From Somniosus microcephalus (taxonomy: Eukaryota), in NCBI GenBank assembly GCA_052327205.1, contig CM126211.1:8990001-9054000 (forward strand): a stretch of DNA of 64,000 nucleotides, in the 5' to 3' direction. Of the stretch, positions 51,096 to 64,000 are shown piece after piece. The notes beneath the pieces were generated by a model, which worked only from the letters and a program-made list of their open reading frames with translations, ran no database searches and was not told the DNA's origin. How positions within the stretch are numbered: the stretch's first letter is position 1; the number at the start of each line of letters is the position of its first letter. A program made the position numbers and the translations under genes.

Positions 51096-52319
51096 ATAAC
51101 TGGGTTTGAGTGTAACCCTTTCTGGGCAGTTCTGAGATAGGTTCGCCATCCTGACTAATGAAGGTGTTTGAACTTAGAGAGTTAAATGGTGACGATATGG
51201 AAATCCTGAGGAACAAGGTACCTAACTGTGCTCCTTTAAAGTTCATCCTCAGCGTGATTTATATTGGAATTGGAAGTGTGATTTGATTGGTTGTGTGAGC
51301 AGACAGGAGCACTCCATTTCATCGACAGCAAGAACGACAAACAGCTGTCTACTTGGCCGCACTGTTCCTTTTTTTCCCCTCATTTTTTGTAAAGTCACAT
51401 CTGGATTTGTCTGCAGGTTTATATACGCCTTTATTTGTTTAATTTTTTTTTTGTTTGTGCAGCATTTTGTGCATTATAGTAATGATCACCAGACGGTTAC
51501 AGCTTCACCCTCCCACTGACTGGCATGTGTTAGCCCTTCATGAAAGTGTGATGATACCAGGCTCAAGGCTATTTGAATCAGGTTTCATTAACCTTGGGGT
51601 TTATTATTCCATTCACTTCAACTGCAGAGAGCCATCATTTTATTCCGTGTCTGTGCTTACCCTAATTATCGCCAGCCTAGACCCCCGTAAATCAGTGGCT
51701 CTGCAGAGCTGTCCTAAGCTGCTTTATGTGCCCATTTCTGATCTGATCTGACAACTGTAAGCTACTGTTTCCTCAAGCCGTTTAACTCAGACCACATTTT
51801 CGAATCTTATTGCCATTTTTTGCTAGCTTTGACGTCGTTTTTTGCATCCGTCTGTTTTAAGTCCGTGATCGTGCCCACACCCCTGACAGAATGCTTGACT
51901 TCATTTCTCTCTTCTAATCAGCAACACCTTTTGTTTGTGTTGCAAGATAGCATTTAACAAAAATAATATCGCTAGCACCTTGTAACATGAATTAACTAGA
52001 ACAGACATCAAGCTCTGATCCCTTAGCACACATCCAACAACAGAGACATGTTGAATCATTGAAACACATGCCACTAAATGTAATATAGCAGGCCTGAAAC
52101 GGCCGATTTTTATATATTATTTTTACATTGCAGTGCACTTCATTTTAATGCATATCATTAGCAGATAGGTGTGTTCAAGTTGTAATAAAAGAGACATTGG
52201 TTATTTTTATTCAGTGGCTGCTGTTGGCAGTGCAATTCGTTGAATGTTTTACTTATTTGACGATACATAACGTCGTTTCGAAAAGCCACTGCTGAAAAAA
52301 GTCTTTTTTTTGGTTAAAG

Positions 52320-52508
52320 GAAGAAGCGAGGCTAACAATCGCAAAGATGCTTGCTCGCCCACGTGTCGGCCTCACAGACCTGTGTGTTCGCATCAACTCT
52401 GTCTCAAGTGGCCTCGCCGAGCTGGACATGGACGTTATCTTACAATCTAAAGACCTCCCTCCGACCCTGATGCTCCCTAAAGTCGAAAATATCGAAGAAA
52501 TAAAATGG
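52320..52508 (+). CDS. CLYBL: CLYBL exon 3 (189 nt)
   Basis: EEARLTIAKML...LCVRINSVSSGLAELD...PPTLMLPKVENIEEIKW; AG at 52318-52319, GTGAGT donor. Confidence 0.92.
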
Positions 52509-55458
52509 GTGAGTTGGCCTAGATTTGGGCGAAGCCTTGCGCTTTGATCACACACCAGATCATTTGGGCTAAAAGGGAGGGTCGGGTCAAAGAAGGTCTG
52601 AACCGCCACACACACCTCGCGACACTTCCAGCTCTGCTCTAAAGTGGGACTCTAGTGATGGGAAAGCAAAGTATGAATTAATAGAGGAAGAGAGAGGGGT
52701 TAAATGAAATATGAGGGGGTGTGCTTGGGGCAAACCAGAGAAATGGACAGGAAGCTTTTAACCACTGCTTTTAATTACTACAGATATTATTTCCTGAATG
52801 TTTCTGTATTTCTTCCTTTTTAATTGCTGGCAGGTGTGTTTTTGTTTCATGGCTGGGTTTTTTTTAAGCCTGTAAAGTCTTGAAATAAAAACAGGAGACA
52901 CATCAAATTACTTAAGTCAACTTTGAAATAGCCCTCATTACCTTAACATGCTTTCAATAAATGGGACGATTATAAAATATAGGGACAGTTAATCTTAAAT
53001 AGGATCGAAGCAGACCTCTTTATAAAACTTTAAGAAGCATCTTTAACTATGATTTTTATGACTAGCAAGTGAGTATTTCATTTTGAAGTGTTTACTGCAG
53101 TTGTTTTCATGATGAAATGTAAATAAATTCACCCACTAAAACCTGACTCTGGAGTGCAATATTGTTTTTATTTATTTATTTTTTAATTTTGCAATAACCA
53201 CAGAACTTGAAGATCTAAATGTAAATGTTCAGCAGCTGTGAAAAGTGGTTTGGCTGCATGTGGGACACGAATGACGGTGACTGTAATTAAATAGTCCCTT
53301 CCTCCCCCCACCCCCTCTCTCTGCAGTTGAGGTCACAACGTAACTAGCTGGTAGATAACTTTGTTTGTCTGTCCTTCACTTAATTTCCGATTTCTCATCG
53401 GGATTCCCGGTTTGAACACGCCCATTTTCATTCTCACAGATTGTAAGCACAATCGAAATCCCTTTACTGTTTATTTTGCCCATTTCAAAAAAAAATTATA
53501 TTAAGAATAAACCTGGAGGCTGATTTGTAACTAAAAGATGGACTTACTTGTTGTCTATTGTGTGAGAATCTCTTGCTTTCCTTTGTGCTGGCTATGGGTA
53601 CTTGTTTGACTGGCATGGCTTATTGGACTATAACAAGCGTAACTCTGCCTCCTTTGTTGCAGCACAATTGCTCTGCAAATCCTGAACAGTGTGCATTCTT
53701 GCCAACATAGTATTGGGTGTGCTTTGGAATTGAAAGAATTGCTGAGGCTTGCTACTTCTCCTCCCCAATTTCTCTTTCTTTTACTTTAGTGCAGTGAACA
53801 CTGGACCAGGCCGGAAACTTTTAATTGTCTCTTTGAGAGAGAGAAAAAAAATAATTGAAACCTGTTTACCGGACATTTTTCATGTTAATATTTGCTGTAG
53901 ACAATTTATGGTTCGAATATGCAATTTTCGCAAACAAATAACCTTTGGGGGGTAAAGGGGATTGGAAATTATGTAACATAAAATAAAGTAATAGTTTGTT
54001 TTATTTTTTCAAAAAAATTCTGAATCCAAAAATAATTACATCTACAATATGCAATTAATAGGAGAATTGGCTCTTTCCACAGCGGAAAGTGGAATTCAGG
54101 TGCTGTACTAGAAGTTGGCCGTTCATAAAAGGCATTTCTGTCACTGCACTTTTCTATGAAGCAGAATATTATGTTAAGCCTGTAGCATTAGTTTTTTATG
54201 TTGCCATAGCAGCCCTACTGCTGCAGGGTTGTGACCTGTGATGATTACAGTACAAAGCTTATAGGGTCCCGAAACCCCCTTTGAAGATGAAAAGGCTTTG
54301 ATGGTTTATATTTATGCAAATCTCCTAGATATGATTTACCCAACTGAGGTTGAATGGGGAGATGATTAAAATTCCCCTTTTTCATTTGAAATCCTTCAGT
54401 AAATTAATCAGTAAATTAATATTCTTTAAATTTTTAGATGTCTGCTTTTTGTCTTCACTGAAACAGCCCTGGTTTACCTGAGATACTTTTATCAGTTATA
54501 GAACTATGATGATTACAACTTAAACATAGCACCTTTTATACTCTAATCCTGCTTCTGAAAGAAAAAAAGTAGTGTGCAAGAGCTTTTGTATGTTTCCAGA
54601 TGATAGATTTTGGAATTTGGGCTACCCCACTGACAGCCCAGTACTGGCTGTGAATTGGAGACAATTTTTCCAAGTCTTTGGTGTTCAAAGAAAGAAACTT
54701 GCTTTCTTTATGACTCCCCCAGTAAAACTCGAAGTATTAGGAAAAATCATATTGCATAAAAGCTGAAAAGAGAGCTTGCCGGTCTGAGAGGCTGATTCTT
54801 CATTTGGGAATTACACCACCAGCATAATAAAATGGCAAAAGGATTTGCCAGTTGTGTAATCCCTACCTTTCAGAATTCTGAATTATTAGACTTTGTGTCA
54901 TAATATGTGTCCTCATAACTTAGTCCAGTTTAATTCAAAACTGCTCAAGAAATTGAATGAGCTACTATGAGAGCTAATGCAGCCTCAGTGTAAATTACAC
55001 ACAAAAAAATGGAAATACACGTAAAGGTGTTAATTTCTGCGAGTATTGCTAGAATCAAGTATATTTATTCATTTAAGTGCATGTTTTTTATTTGTACATG
55101 TTTTGAAACTAGCATACCGCATCGATAAATTAAAAGTGAATACTTAGCTGCTCTTAAGTTTTAGATCAAAATCGATCCAAGTGTTAATGATGTGAGACTT
55201 ATAAAATCTAGGTGTAAATTTTATTTTAAAAAGCTTTTAAAGTATTTTATAATCTCAAAGAAGTGTTAAAAACACCTCGATTTTCAATGTCTTGTAACGA
55301 GGCCTTGTAAATGCAATTGTACTTATTACAAAATAAAAAATGACTTTGCATGTTGTAGAAATTAAAACATTGGACTACAAATCAAATCCTGTTCAGGTGG
55401 TATTTCTTCATTTTTTTTTAAACCGGAAAAAAGTGTATAAAATTATTTCCATTTCTAG

Positions 55459-55560
55459 TTTGCAGACAGATTTGCAAAATACTCAAAGGGTCGGACATTA
55501 AAGGAGCCTATTAATTTAATCACTTTCGTGGAGACGGCAGTAGGATTGCTGAATTTCAAG
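55459..55560 (+). CDS. CLYBL: CLYBL exon 4 (102 nt; not in the ORF track)
   Basis: FADRFAKYSKGRTLKEPINLITFVETAVGLLNFK between tttctag and gtaata. Confidence 0.92.
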
Positions 55561-56594
55561 GTAATAAAAATGTATTCAAACAAAATCATTTGTTTTAATC
55601 ACGGATGAAAAGAGTGAGGCAAAAAAAAGCACAGTCAGTCTTTTTGAATATGTAAAGTTTCTTTTACCTTTGTGTCATAACATAAAAACTGAGGCATCAC
55701 AGTGTTTAAATACAGTTAATCATATGCCCTTTCATAGAAACTCAGTCCAGGCAACAAAAATTCAAATAAATATTTATTTTTATTGCCAACAAAGCATTCA
55801 CATTTCAGTGAAAATGTTGGGCACATACAGTATGTAAGTAAAAACAGTTTTAAAATTGTCCGGGTAACATTTAGTAATAAATACTATTTTACAAGTAACT
55901 TTATGACCAAAAAACTTGTTTTATTTTGAAAAACATTAACGATAAGAATGTGTGAAATTAATGAGATGTTCTTATAAAGAACAGAAACGTGCAATGTCAT
56001 ACACAGGCTTCTGACACCCTAAAGAGTTTATACTTAAATAGTGGTGATGAAAGGCACGCTGATTCTGGACATAAATCCAAAAATATGTATGCAAATGTTT
56101 AAAGTATTTTTTTTTAATGCTAGTTTTTTTAAGGTGACAATAAGGTTATTGTGTTGCTGCGCCACAAATAGGTGATTTCCAAAAAAAGTGTAATCAAACA
56201 CTTCTTGAAGTTTGCAAACCAGAATACCACAAGAAAAGTAAGTGGATAAACACACAGTAACTGAATTGTGGAGGGTTATACTTGTCTGTATTTTGTCTTT
56301 CATAAAGGAGTTTGCCAGGAAAAAGCTACTGCTATTTTTTTTTATTAACATAATTTTCCTTTTTGCTAGCGATCCAAAAATATTACAAAGTAGAATTTTC
56401 ACATTTACTTAACACACCAAGAAGGAAAAAGCCTTAACGTGCCCTTCATTCTGGTTGAACATTGCTTATATGGCTATTATTACATGTGTTACAGCCCCTG
56501 ATAATGTTAGCATGATTGAAACCCAGTTTGTAAATGACATGATGAAAAGAATATTCCATTGACATTGGTATTGCGAAATGTTATTTTCTTCAAG

Positions 56595-56688
56595 GCTGGA
56601 TGTGAAGAAGCACAGCGTCTAGGAGCACATGCTGGCTTCCAGCTCGATGGAGTGGTGTTCGGATCGGATGATTTCTGTGCCAGCATAG
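56595..56688 (+). CDS. CLYBL: CLYBL exon 5 (94 nt)
   Basis: AGCEEAQRLGAHAGFQLDGVVFGSDDFCASIG; phase-1 donor gtgaga. Confidence 0.92.
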
Positions 56689-57327
56689 GTGAGAGAAAGG
56701 GACTTTTCCTCAATGTTTCTCTTTCCTTCAGTTGTGGCCTACATTTCACTAAAGTCACGCTCATTCTTTGCATTTTACTTTTTAGAATGTGTTTAGAAGT
56801 CTTACGCGCATTTACTTTTTAAACAAAATAATAATTAATTAGTAGCCTTATTTCTGTATCACTGAAATCAAGCTTCGATCCACATTAGATATACTTTGCA
56901 GTTTGATTTTCATGATTGTAGTTAATAGCTAACTTTAAAAACAAATTAATTAAATATTTACATGTTCCTAGTTTCTGTTTCCAACGGAACTTTTTAGTTA
57001 TATTAGATTTTGTTCGGTATTTAAATTATTTACTTATTTAACTGTTATTAACAGTAGCCAGAAATATAAAAACAAAGTATAGGATTAGTTACCATTCATG
57101 AGAAATATTTTCACCTAGCTTTTAGCAAAAATATTAAGCACCTTTTAAGGTTTTTATAGTAATTCATTTTGCATGCATCAATAAAACTTGAACTGTTTCT
57201 GTAATATCCAGCGAAAAGAAATCTGTACAGCTTACATGATGTAACTATTTCAAAACTGGTTCGTGAAATAATTCCCTTGTGGAAATCGAGCAGTTGTCCT
57301 TTCACTACTTTTGTTCCACTGTTCCAG

Positions 57328-57495
57328 GTGCCACAAGAACTGAAGATGCTCGAGAGCTTGTTTATGCGAGGCAGAAGGTTGTTGTTACAGCAAAGGCTTT
57401 TGGCCTCCAAGCCATAGACCTTGTCTATATTGACTACAAGGATGAGATAGGCCTTTGCAGGCAGTCGAGAGAGGGTGCCTTGATGGGGTTCACTG
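57328..57495 (+). CDS. CLYBL: CLYBL exon 6 (168 nt)
   Basis: ATRTEDARELVYARQKVVVTAKAFGLQAIDLVYIDYKD...QSREGALMGFTG; AG/GT boundaries in phase. Confidence 0.93.
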
Positions 57496-58124
57496 GTATG
57501 GTTTCCAGCTGAACATGTCCTTTATTTAATTTTTAAAATCTTTTCATAATAGTGCAAGGAGCAAAATGTGCATCTATGTGTTGCTCTGGACATGACATCA
57601 AAAATGTTTTTAATATTTTTGATGTATTCAGGGAGGTTAACAGATGATATATAATGTGTCATGTGCCAGGAGTTTGAAGTGGTTAAAAAATGTTTAAATG
57701 TGGACCATCATATTTTAATTATTTAACAGGAAATCATTCTTTAATCAGGAATAAACACTGATACATATTTCCATAGGTGCTTAAATTTTTACAAATTATA
57801 TCAAATTGATTATTCATAAATTCTACTAAAAATTAAGCAAAATAAATTAATTGTTTTTGAACATTTCATTTTCCAACTTAATTACACAGCTGACATTGCA
57901 AAGTGTTACAGGACTTCAGTTTCCCCAATTAATCCTTGATGTTTTACCTTTCCTTTTTGATATACTTTAAGTAACTAAAATAAATATTATTATTTAACTA
58001 CTTAATTCATTATTACTTAAAAAATGCAAAATAACCTCTGTGACAGTAATGGTTACAGAGGCATTATGCAAATTGTGTCCAGTAAGTAACTGTTTCAGCC
58101 AACACTGAACTCCGCATTAAGTTA

Positions 58125-58395
58125 AAATATAAACGAAACCAGAAAGTGTAAGAAACACAGTCGTCAGAAGGCCCATCAACATCTGAAAGAGGAAGATAGA
58201 TGTGACCCTCTTTTGGAACCCAAACGGTTAACCTTTCACTTTCGGATGCTGATCAGAGAATCATAGAATGTTAGAATCACAGAAATAAGGCCATTCGACC
58301 CATCGGGTCTGTTCCAGTGAAACCTGCTGTACATTTACAGTATTTTCTGAGTTTTTTTTAATATTTCAGATTTCCAACATTTGTGGTTTTCCTCT
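58125..58395. mobile_element. Old degenerate Penelope-like inverted remnant with a CR1 tail inserted
   Basis: Weak similarity to the 34861 family (atttcagatttccaacatttg; cggatgctga); central agaatcatagaatg...ggccattcgacccatc CR1 tail. Confidence 0.45.
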
Positions 58396-60499
58396 TTTTC
58401 TCTATTAAATAAGATGTTGCGCATCGAAAATGGAGAAACTGTATCTCACTTGTCCCAAATTGTGCACACATGCGAATTAGATCAGAAATAAACTGTGCTG
58501 CTTAAATGAGCTCTAGTTTTACTGCACCCGATTTTTATGTATTTTTTTCAGAAAAAAATTATTAGCTTGCAGTAAAGGGAAATGTTTTGCAATAAAATGT
58601 TAACAGTTTTGTGCAGCACATTAAACTCTCCCGTAAAAACCTACAATGCATTCACTAATAATATTTTTTTTAATAAAAAATTAAAATTTTTGTACCAACG
58701 ACAAAACCTTTAAAATTAAACTAGTTTCTAAGTTGTACGGGAGACTGCTTAGTTTGGAAAGGTGGCCTGGAACAGGGAAAGTTTAGTCTCACGCAGAATG
58801 GAAAGTCATAAATATGAAATGACCATATCTGTTATCGTTTTTTGGTCCCGGACACAAAAATAAAAAGGGCTGTTAATGTCGTCCTCTTAGCATGAATCTG
58901 ACAAACATTGATCTGAAACAGGACATATCAAATGGTGTTGTACAATGACATATTTTCATGGCTATAAATAATCATGCTTTAGCAATCTTTTCTGATTTTC
59001 ATGCTCTTAGTTCACGATTAACACGCATAATTTTTGTCAATCAGCAACATAAAAAAAAATCACCTCACTGCGCTAAAAAAAAATCCAAAGGTTTTCTTTA
59101 TAGAGAAGAATAACATTCCCGTGAATACGGTTTGGTCTTTGATTCTGAATTTTCTTTTTTGGGAAACTTTGCAGCTCATATAATTAAACCGTGAGAAAGC
59201 AATTTGAATCATGTTTTAAAAATGTTACGATGTGCTGATTGCTGGGTTTTTTTCTACCTGCAAATCTGTGTTAAATTAACAATATGCTTTTTTAAAATAA
59301 TTCTATGACTATGCATATATATTTCTATGTATATAATTAACAATATGCATTTTTTATAATTCTATGACTATAAATTTATAACAGTGAATAAAGTGCAATG
59401 TAAGTTCTTCAGCAAAACATGGTATTTAAAACAATTTAACCAGTACTTTAACCCTCTGTAAATTATTCTGGAGTTCACTTAAAAAGTACCACAATTAAAT
59501 ATTTTAAGTTTCTTGCATGCCTGTAGTTCCACTTTATAATGATACTCATTTTGACAGAAACTCACAGATGTTCTTGCTGCTGCATAGAATATTTTTGAGA
59601 GTTTACAGGAACTGAAATGAACCTTTACCTGCTTACTATTAATGACACATTATTTGGATTATCCATTCAGATGGGACAGATTTGTAAATAAGTATTGGAA
59701 ATGTTCTAAAGCCATGCAGTTGGAAAATAGATTATTAACATATTGGCACAAATGTGTCCGTTTGTACAGTGTCTTTTTGCAGATGCTTATTAAAGAACAA
59801 TTCTCTGTGACAGCGCAATCTGCGATACGAACTAGCAGGAGAGGGCTTAAGTAACAATGTAGTAATTTTGCATATTTAACGCACTATTTGAGGCTATCCA
59901 ATTCAAAATATTTTCATTAAGGGATTAGACTCGTGTGCAAAATCTAACTATAGAACTTGACTTATTTTAGAAGTTCACATAGCATGATCAAAATTATGAG
60001 ATCGATGAAAGAGAATACTGCATATAATGTCATTAACAGGCAGAGAATCCAGTGATTATACCCTTTCACCTACATTCAGATGTACATTAGGCATCCAGCT
60101 AATTTTGTTTTAATTTTTAAAACATGATTCTCGCCCCCCACCCCACACACACACACAAATAATTGCCTCATCGTGCCCCCACTGCTGACTTCCAGCAATG
60201 TTTGACTGGAAAGACAGCATAATCTGAGACACAGATATTTCCAGGGTGTCCAGCGACGCTGTCCCATGGTCAGCAGATCGGAAGCGCTCTGTTGATCCTG
60301 GACATAATTGATCCTGCCAGTTTGGTTTTGTTTTCCTTCTCTTATTGTGCCTGGAGAGAGAAGATTTCTGCTGCCGTTGTCACTACTGGCTGAAAGAATC
60401 TCAGTCAGTAAAGTCAGGTAAGTTTGAGTGTCTAATACGGCTTAGCATTCAAACTTGAGATTCTGATCTGGAGGCTTACAGGAAAAAATCCATGAATGG

Positions 60500-60832
60500 A
60501 TATATTATTATATAATCTGCATCTAACACTTTCCATGCAATATATATAATAAATCATAAAACACAAACTAACTATTATATATATAAATAAAATGACAAAG
60601 CATACTAACTATTATATATATGAAATAATACATACTGTTATATATAATAAAACATTCTATTTTATATCTATAATAAAGCATACTAACTATTATATACATA
60701 ATTATATATACAAATTAATACATATTAACAATTATATATATATGACTAAAATAAAGCTTTCTATTATTTATATAGATATATATCTAAATAATATATACTA
60801 ACTTTATTATATATATATATGTACTAACTATT
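60500..60832. repeat. AT-rich low-complexity tract with recurring (c)atactaactattatatat units
   Basis: Directly visible. Confidence 0.8.
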
Positions 60833-61765
60833 GGAATTCTAATAGTGTTGCTTACATAGTTCTGAAATATGATCAGCACCTTACCTTGCATCTAACCAAA
60901 CACATTTTATCTTTTGTATTCTTATTGATACCAACTAGGACTCTCTAGTTTAGAGTGTTAAATGTTTACAATTTAACTTGAAGCTATACGAAATGTTTTA
61001 ATTACATTTATGATGGTGCCCAGCGACCTAGCACATTTTGAAACCACGTTAATCCATTCCTTATATGAGGTTGTCTTTGGAACGCGCACACAGTCACACT
61101 TTACCTGATGGGTATTATAGAATTGTAGTGTGAACGTTGTACACAATGCATTTCAACCAAATGTATTCAGTTAGCTAATAAACATTAGATAAGTAGCTCA
61201 CTGAATTGCATATAAAGCATTGAACTCGACACAAGTATTTTTAGAGAATATACCTACAATTGAAAAATAAATCGAATTGCCACAATTAATTTATAGAAAG
61301 TTTTTCTGTTTATCAGTGGTCTGCGGAAGGCCAGAACTTTCTATCTAACACCAAACAGACAAGGTGTGAAATGATTGCTACAAATATATTTACACAGATA
61401 ATTTTTGACGCCAAAGTACAAAATAATATTTAAATAACTAAATATAAAGTGCACAGTTAATTGAAGAGTTAATTATGATTAAAATGACAGCCTTCTGCTG
61501 AATAACTTATTTATTCAATAGATTTATTAATAGCAAAGTAGACATGTTGAAGAAAGATATACCTGTGTGCACATATATAAAATATAAACAGTCACCCTTA
61601 CAAAGGATGATTGATGTGACAAAATGCTACAGCTGGGTTGACTAATGATCCATGCAGGATATTAGCCAATATTTCACAATTAATAAATGTGCTGTATATT
61701 TTTGAAAACTTATCTTTGTGAGTACTGTGCAGAATAATGAATTGTTTTGTGGTATCTGTGTTCAG

Positions 61766-61890
61766 GTAAACAAGTGATTCACCCCTGTCAAATTCCAATT
61801 GTGCAAGAAGCATTTTCCCCAAGTCCTGAGAGAGTGAAATGGGCTTGGGAACTGATTGACGCTTTTGGAGAACATCAAAAACTGGGAAAG
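61766..61890 (+). CDS. CLYBL: CLYBL exon 7 (125 nt)
   Basis: KQVIHPCQIPIVQEAFSPSPERVKWAWELIDAFGEHQKLGK; ttcag acceptor, gtgaac donor. Confidence 0.93.
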
Positions 61891-62974
61891 GTGAACTTTT
61901 GTATTTGCACGCCACATCCTTCCTTCATTATTTGAACAGTTCGATTCATGACCGATTGAAGTTTTGCTGTTTTTGAAACTGCATGTTAAGATTATTAAGT
62001 CTCTGTATGAGAGCTAAATTCTTCAAATGGGATTAAAACATTCTGAGGCCCATTAGTGTGGCAAATAGAAGGAAATTAGCGATGTTGCATTGCTTTCCTA
62101 ATTTATTGCATCATTGAATCGCATTGTGCGTCCTGCTCTGTGGGTTATTGTTGTATATATATTTCAGCGGTGATTCACAGTCTGCTCCTGCTTTGTCCTA
62201 GTGATGCTCAGATTAAGGATAGCCTGGAGGAAGAATTTGTGGTAATCGCGGCGTTGTCAGTTAATTATCTTAGAAGAACCTTATGTTTGCATCCTATGAA
62301 CCCTTCCAGAGGAACTATTTAACACCCTATAATCCTCATCATCCATCCCAACAGTTGCCCAAGCTTGGGGACTCCCTTTATAAGAATTTTTCGTTCCGAA
62401 TCAAATTTGTAGCCATGAAAAAAAAAGTCAATTTTGGTTTCTTCAGTTGTAGGGGTAGCTAGTCATAATCTTGAAAAATTACAGAAGCAAATCTTTACTA
62501 TTAACTACAGTTCTGTAAAATTAAGTCCTTGCAAAATGAAGTGTGATAAAATACCATGAAAATTATTTTGTGTTCTTTTTACTTACAAGGTGCATATTAG
62601 GAAATGTACGTAATTACTAATTGTGAAGCATTTGAAGGAAACTATTTATAATTTTAGATGAGGTTAATAGACTACTATGCCATGGTAATACAAAATAAAT
62701 TGGCATCCTATCCTAACTCCAACATGGAGAGAAAATTACGTACTGTTAATCTTACGTGTATCTTTCTACTGAAATACATCTTGCATGAACTGTCTTGAAA
62801 ATATTTAATCTTGTTCTCTGAATGTAGAAGATAACATTGTAGCATTAATGCTTTCACTCTTCAAATACTTGACTTTGTAATGCTCCGATGGGAAGGGAAG
62901 TCTTGGGAATTAAAAAGTGACAGTGTGATGTCTTGAGAAGCAAAAAGTTTATATTTTATTTTTGATAATGCCAG

Positions 62975-63070
62975 GGAGCCTTCACTTTACACGGGAGTAT
63001 GATCGACATGCCATCTTTGAAGCAGGCACAGAACATCATCACACTGGCCACAGCTGTCAAAGAAATGTGA
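62975..63070 (+). CDS. CLYBL: CLYBL last coding exon (96 nt including stop)
   Basis: GAFTLHGSMIDMPSLKQAQNIITLATAVKEM-TGA after a ccag acceptor; contains the G-x-M-I-D-x-P motif of CitE-family lyases. Confidence 0.92.
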   Translation, partial: GAFTLHGSMIDMPSLKQAQNIITLATAVKEM

Positions 63071-64000
63071 AAGCTGAAAAGGAGATAGGGTCGCACCGTC
63101 GATCACTGGCAGATGCAGCGGTGAGCAGAAAACGGGAGACGGAGACCAGTTGCTTGTGGGAAATGTTATGGAGGTCACAGCATCACTGCTGTAGTTTAAT
63201 AATGTGATACCTTAAGACCCGAGCCATTGTAATTTTTTTTAACATTTTGTTCAATTTTTTGGATGGTACAGTCATATGAGATTGTCTAGACCAAACTCCC
63301 CTACTGAGTGCCGGCAGTTGTGTATAACTAGCCTCCAGTAACTTCATACTGTATAGTTAGGGACACTGATAGATGCAGAGCTGTGGTAATTTTTTCCGAT
63401 GTAACGATTAGAAGCACAGTGCAGCGGAACTTCTCGGGTGGACCCCTGTCGGTTTTTGCATCACATTAAAAAACACTGCTGCAGGTCAGATGTGTTAGCT
63501 GGTTAACAGGCTGGGGCACAAGGCTGTTTAACTAGAGGTCTGCCCAGCTTGTAGTGGGGTAAATAAACATAACCGGCCATTGTTACACAGTGCAGTAGAG
63601 ATCCTGTGCTGAAGGGTTAAGTGTTGCAAAGGGTCGAATTTTGGTTACTACAGAATCCAAATGAAATTCGCCTTGCTTTGAAAGATCTTCAGAAAGCGAG
63701 GGGTTTTCGCCAATTAAAAATTAAAACATATTTGACCCTGTTCCAAGGCTTAGACATCAGCCGATCTGCATCCTCCATACACACAGACTGCAGGATATGC
63801 TTTTAATATTCCCTCCATTTAAAAAAAAAGAAATAATAATTGTTGTGAAGTATTAATGGAGATGTATTTTTGATTTTGGCCCTTTGTTATATGTTAAATT
63901 TTAAAATGAGGAAGTTCTAAAAATGTTTTGCTATCCTATGTTTAATTACCACATTTAAAAAAAAGACAATAATGAAAGCATATAGAGAGAAAGATCAATG

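Noticed and set aside
57595-57625. 11-bp perfect hairpin in CLYBL intron 6
   Set aside because: AT-rich and short; expected by chance and too small for a pre-miRNA.
63068-63088. Stop-codon read-through of CLYBL (TGA-AAG-CTG-AAA-AGG-AGA-TAG)
   Set aside because: No TGA-CTAG read-through context, and the extension does not end in a PTS1 signal.

Overview
Vertebrate genomic DNA, most likely from a cartilaginous fish (shark-type CR1, L2, DeuSINE and Penelope repeats; inferred). It holds a head-to-head pair of Zic zinc-finger genes and a CLYBL gene. The Zic5-like gene is on the minus strand (coding exon 1 at 3582-2568; the rest lies left of the window). The Zic2-like gene is on the plus strand and complete (3 coding exons, 14392-17986, 452 aa). 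CLYBL (citramalyl-CoA lyase) follows on the plus strand (exons 2-8 at 45125-63070; exon 1 only tentatively located). The first ~26 kb is nearly transposon-free, 26-51 kb is packed with nested retroelements and an ~8 kb pyrimidine-rich and minisatellite block, and 51-64 kb is again TE-poor with enhancer-like blocks. Main lead: both Zic proteins are closest to Zic2/Zic5 but lack residues I recall as diagnostic of canonical Zic2 and Zic5, and CLYBL lies on the opposite side of the pair compared with human. This may be a fourth vertebrate Zic gene pair, i.e. a genome-duplication paralogue not among the Zic1/4, Zic2/5 and Zic3/6 pairs. All comparisons with reference proteins are from memory and need database confirmation.
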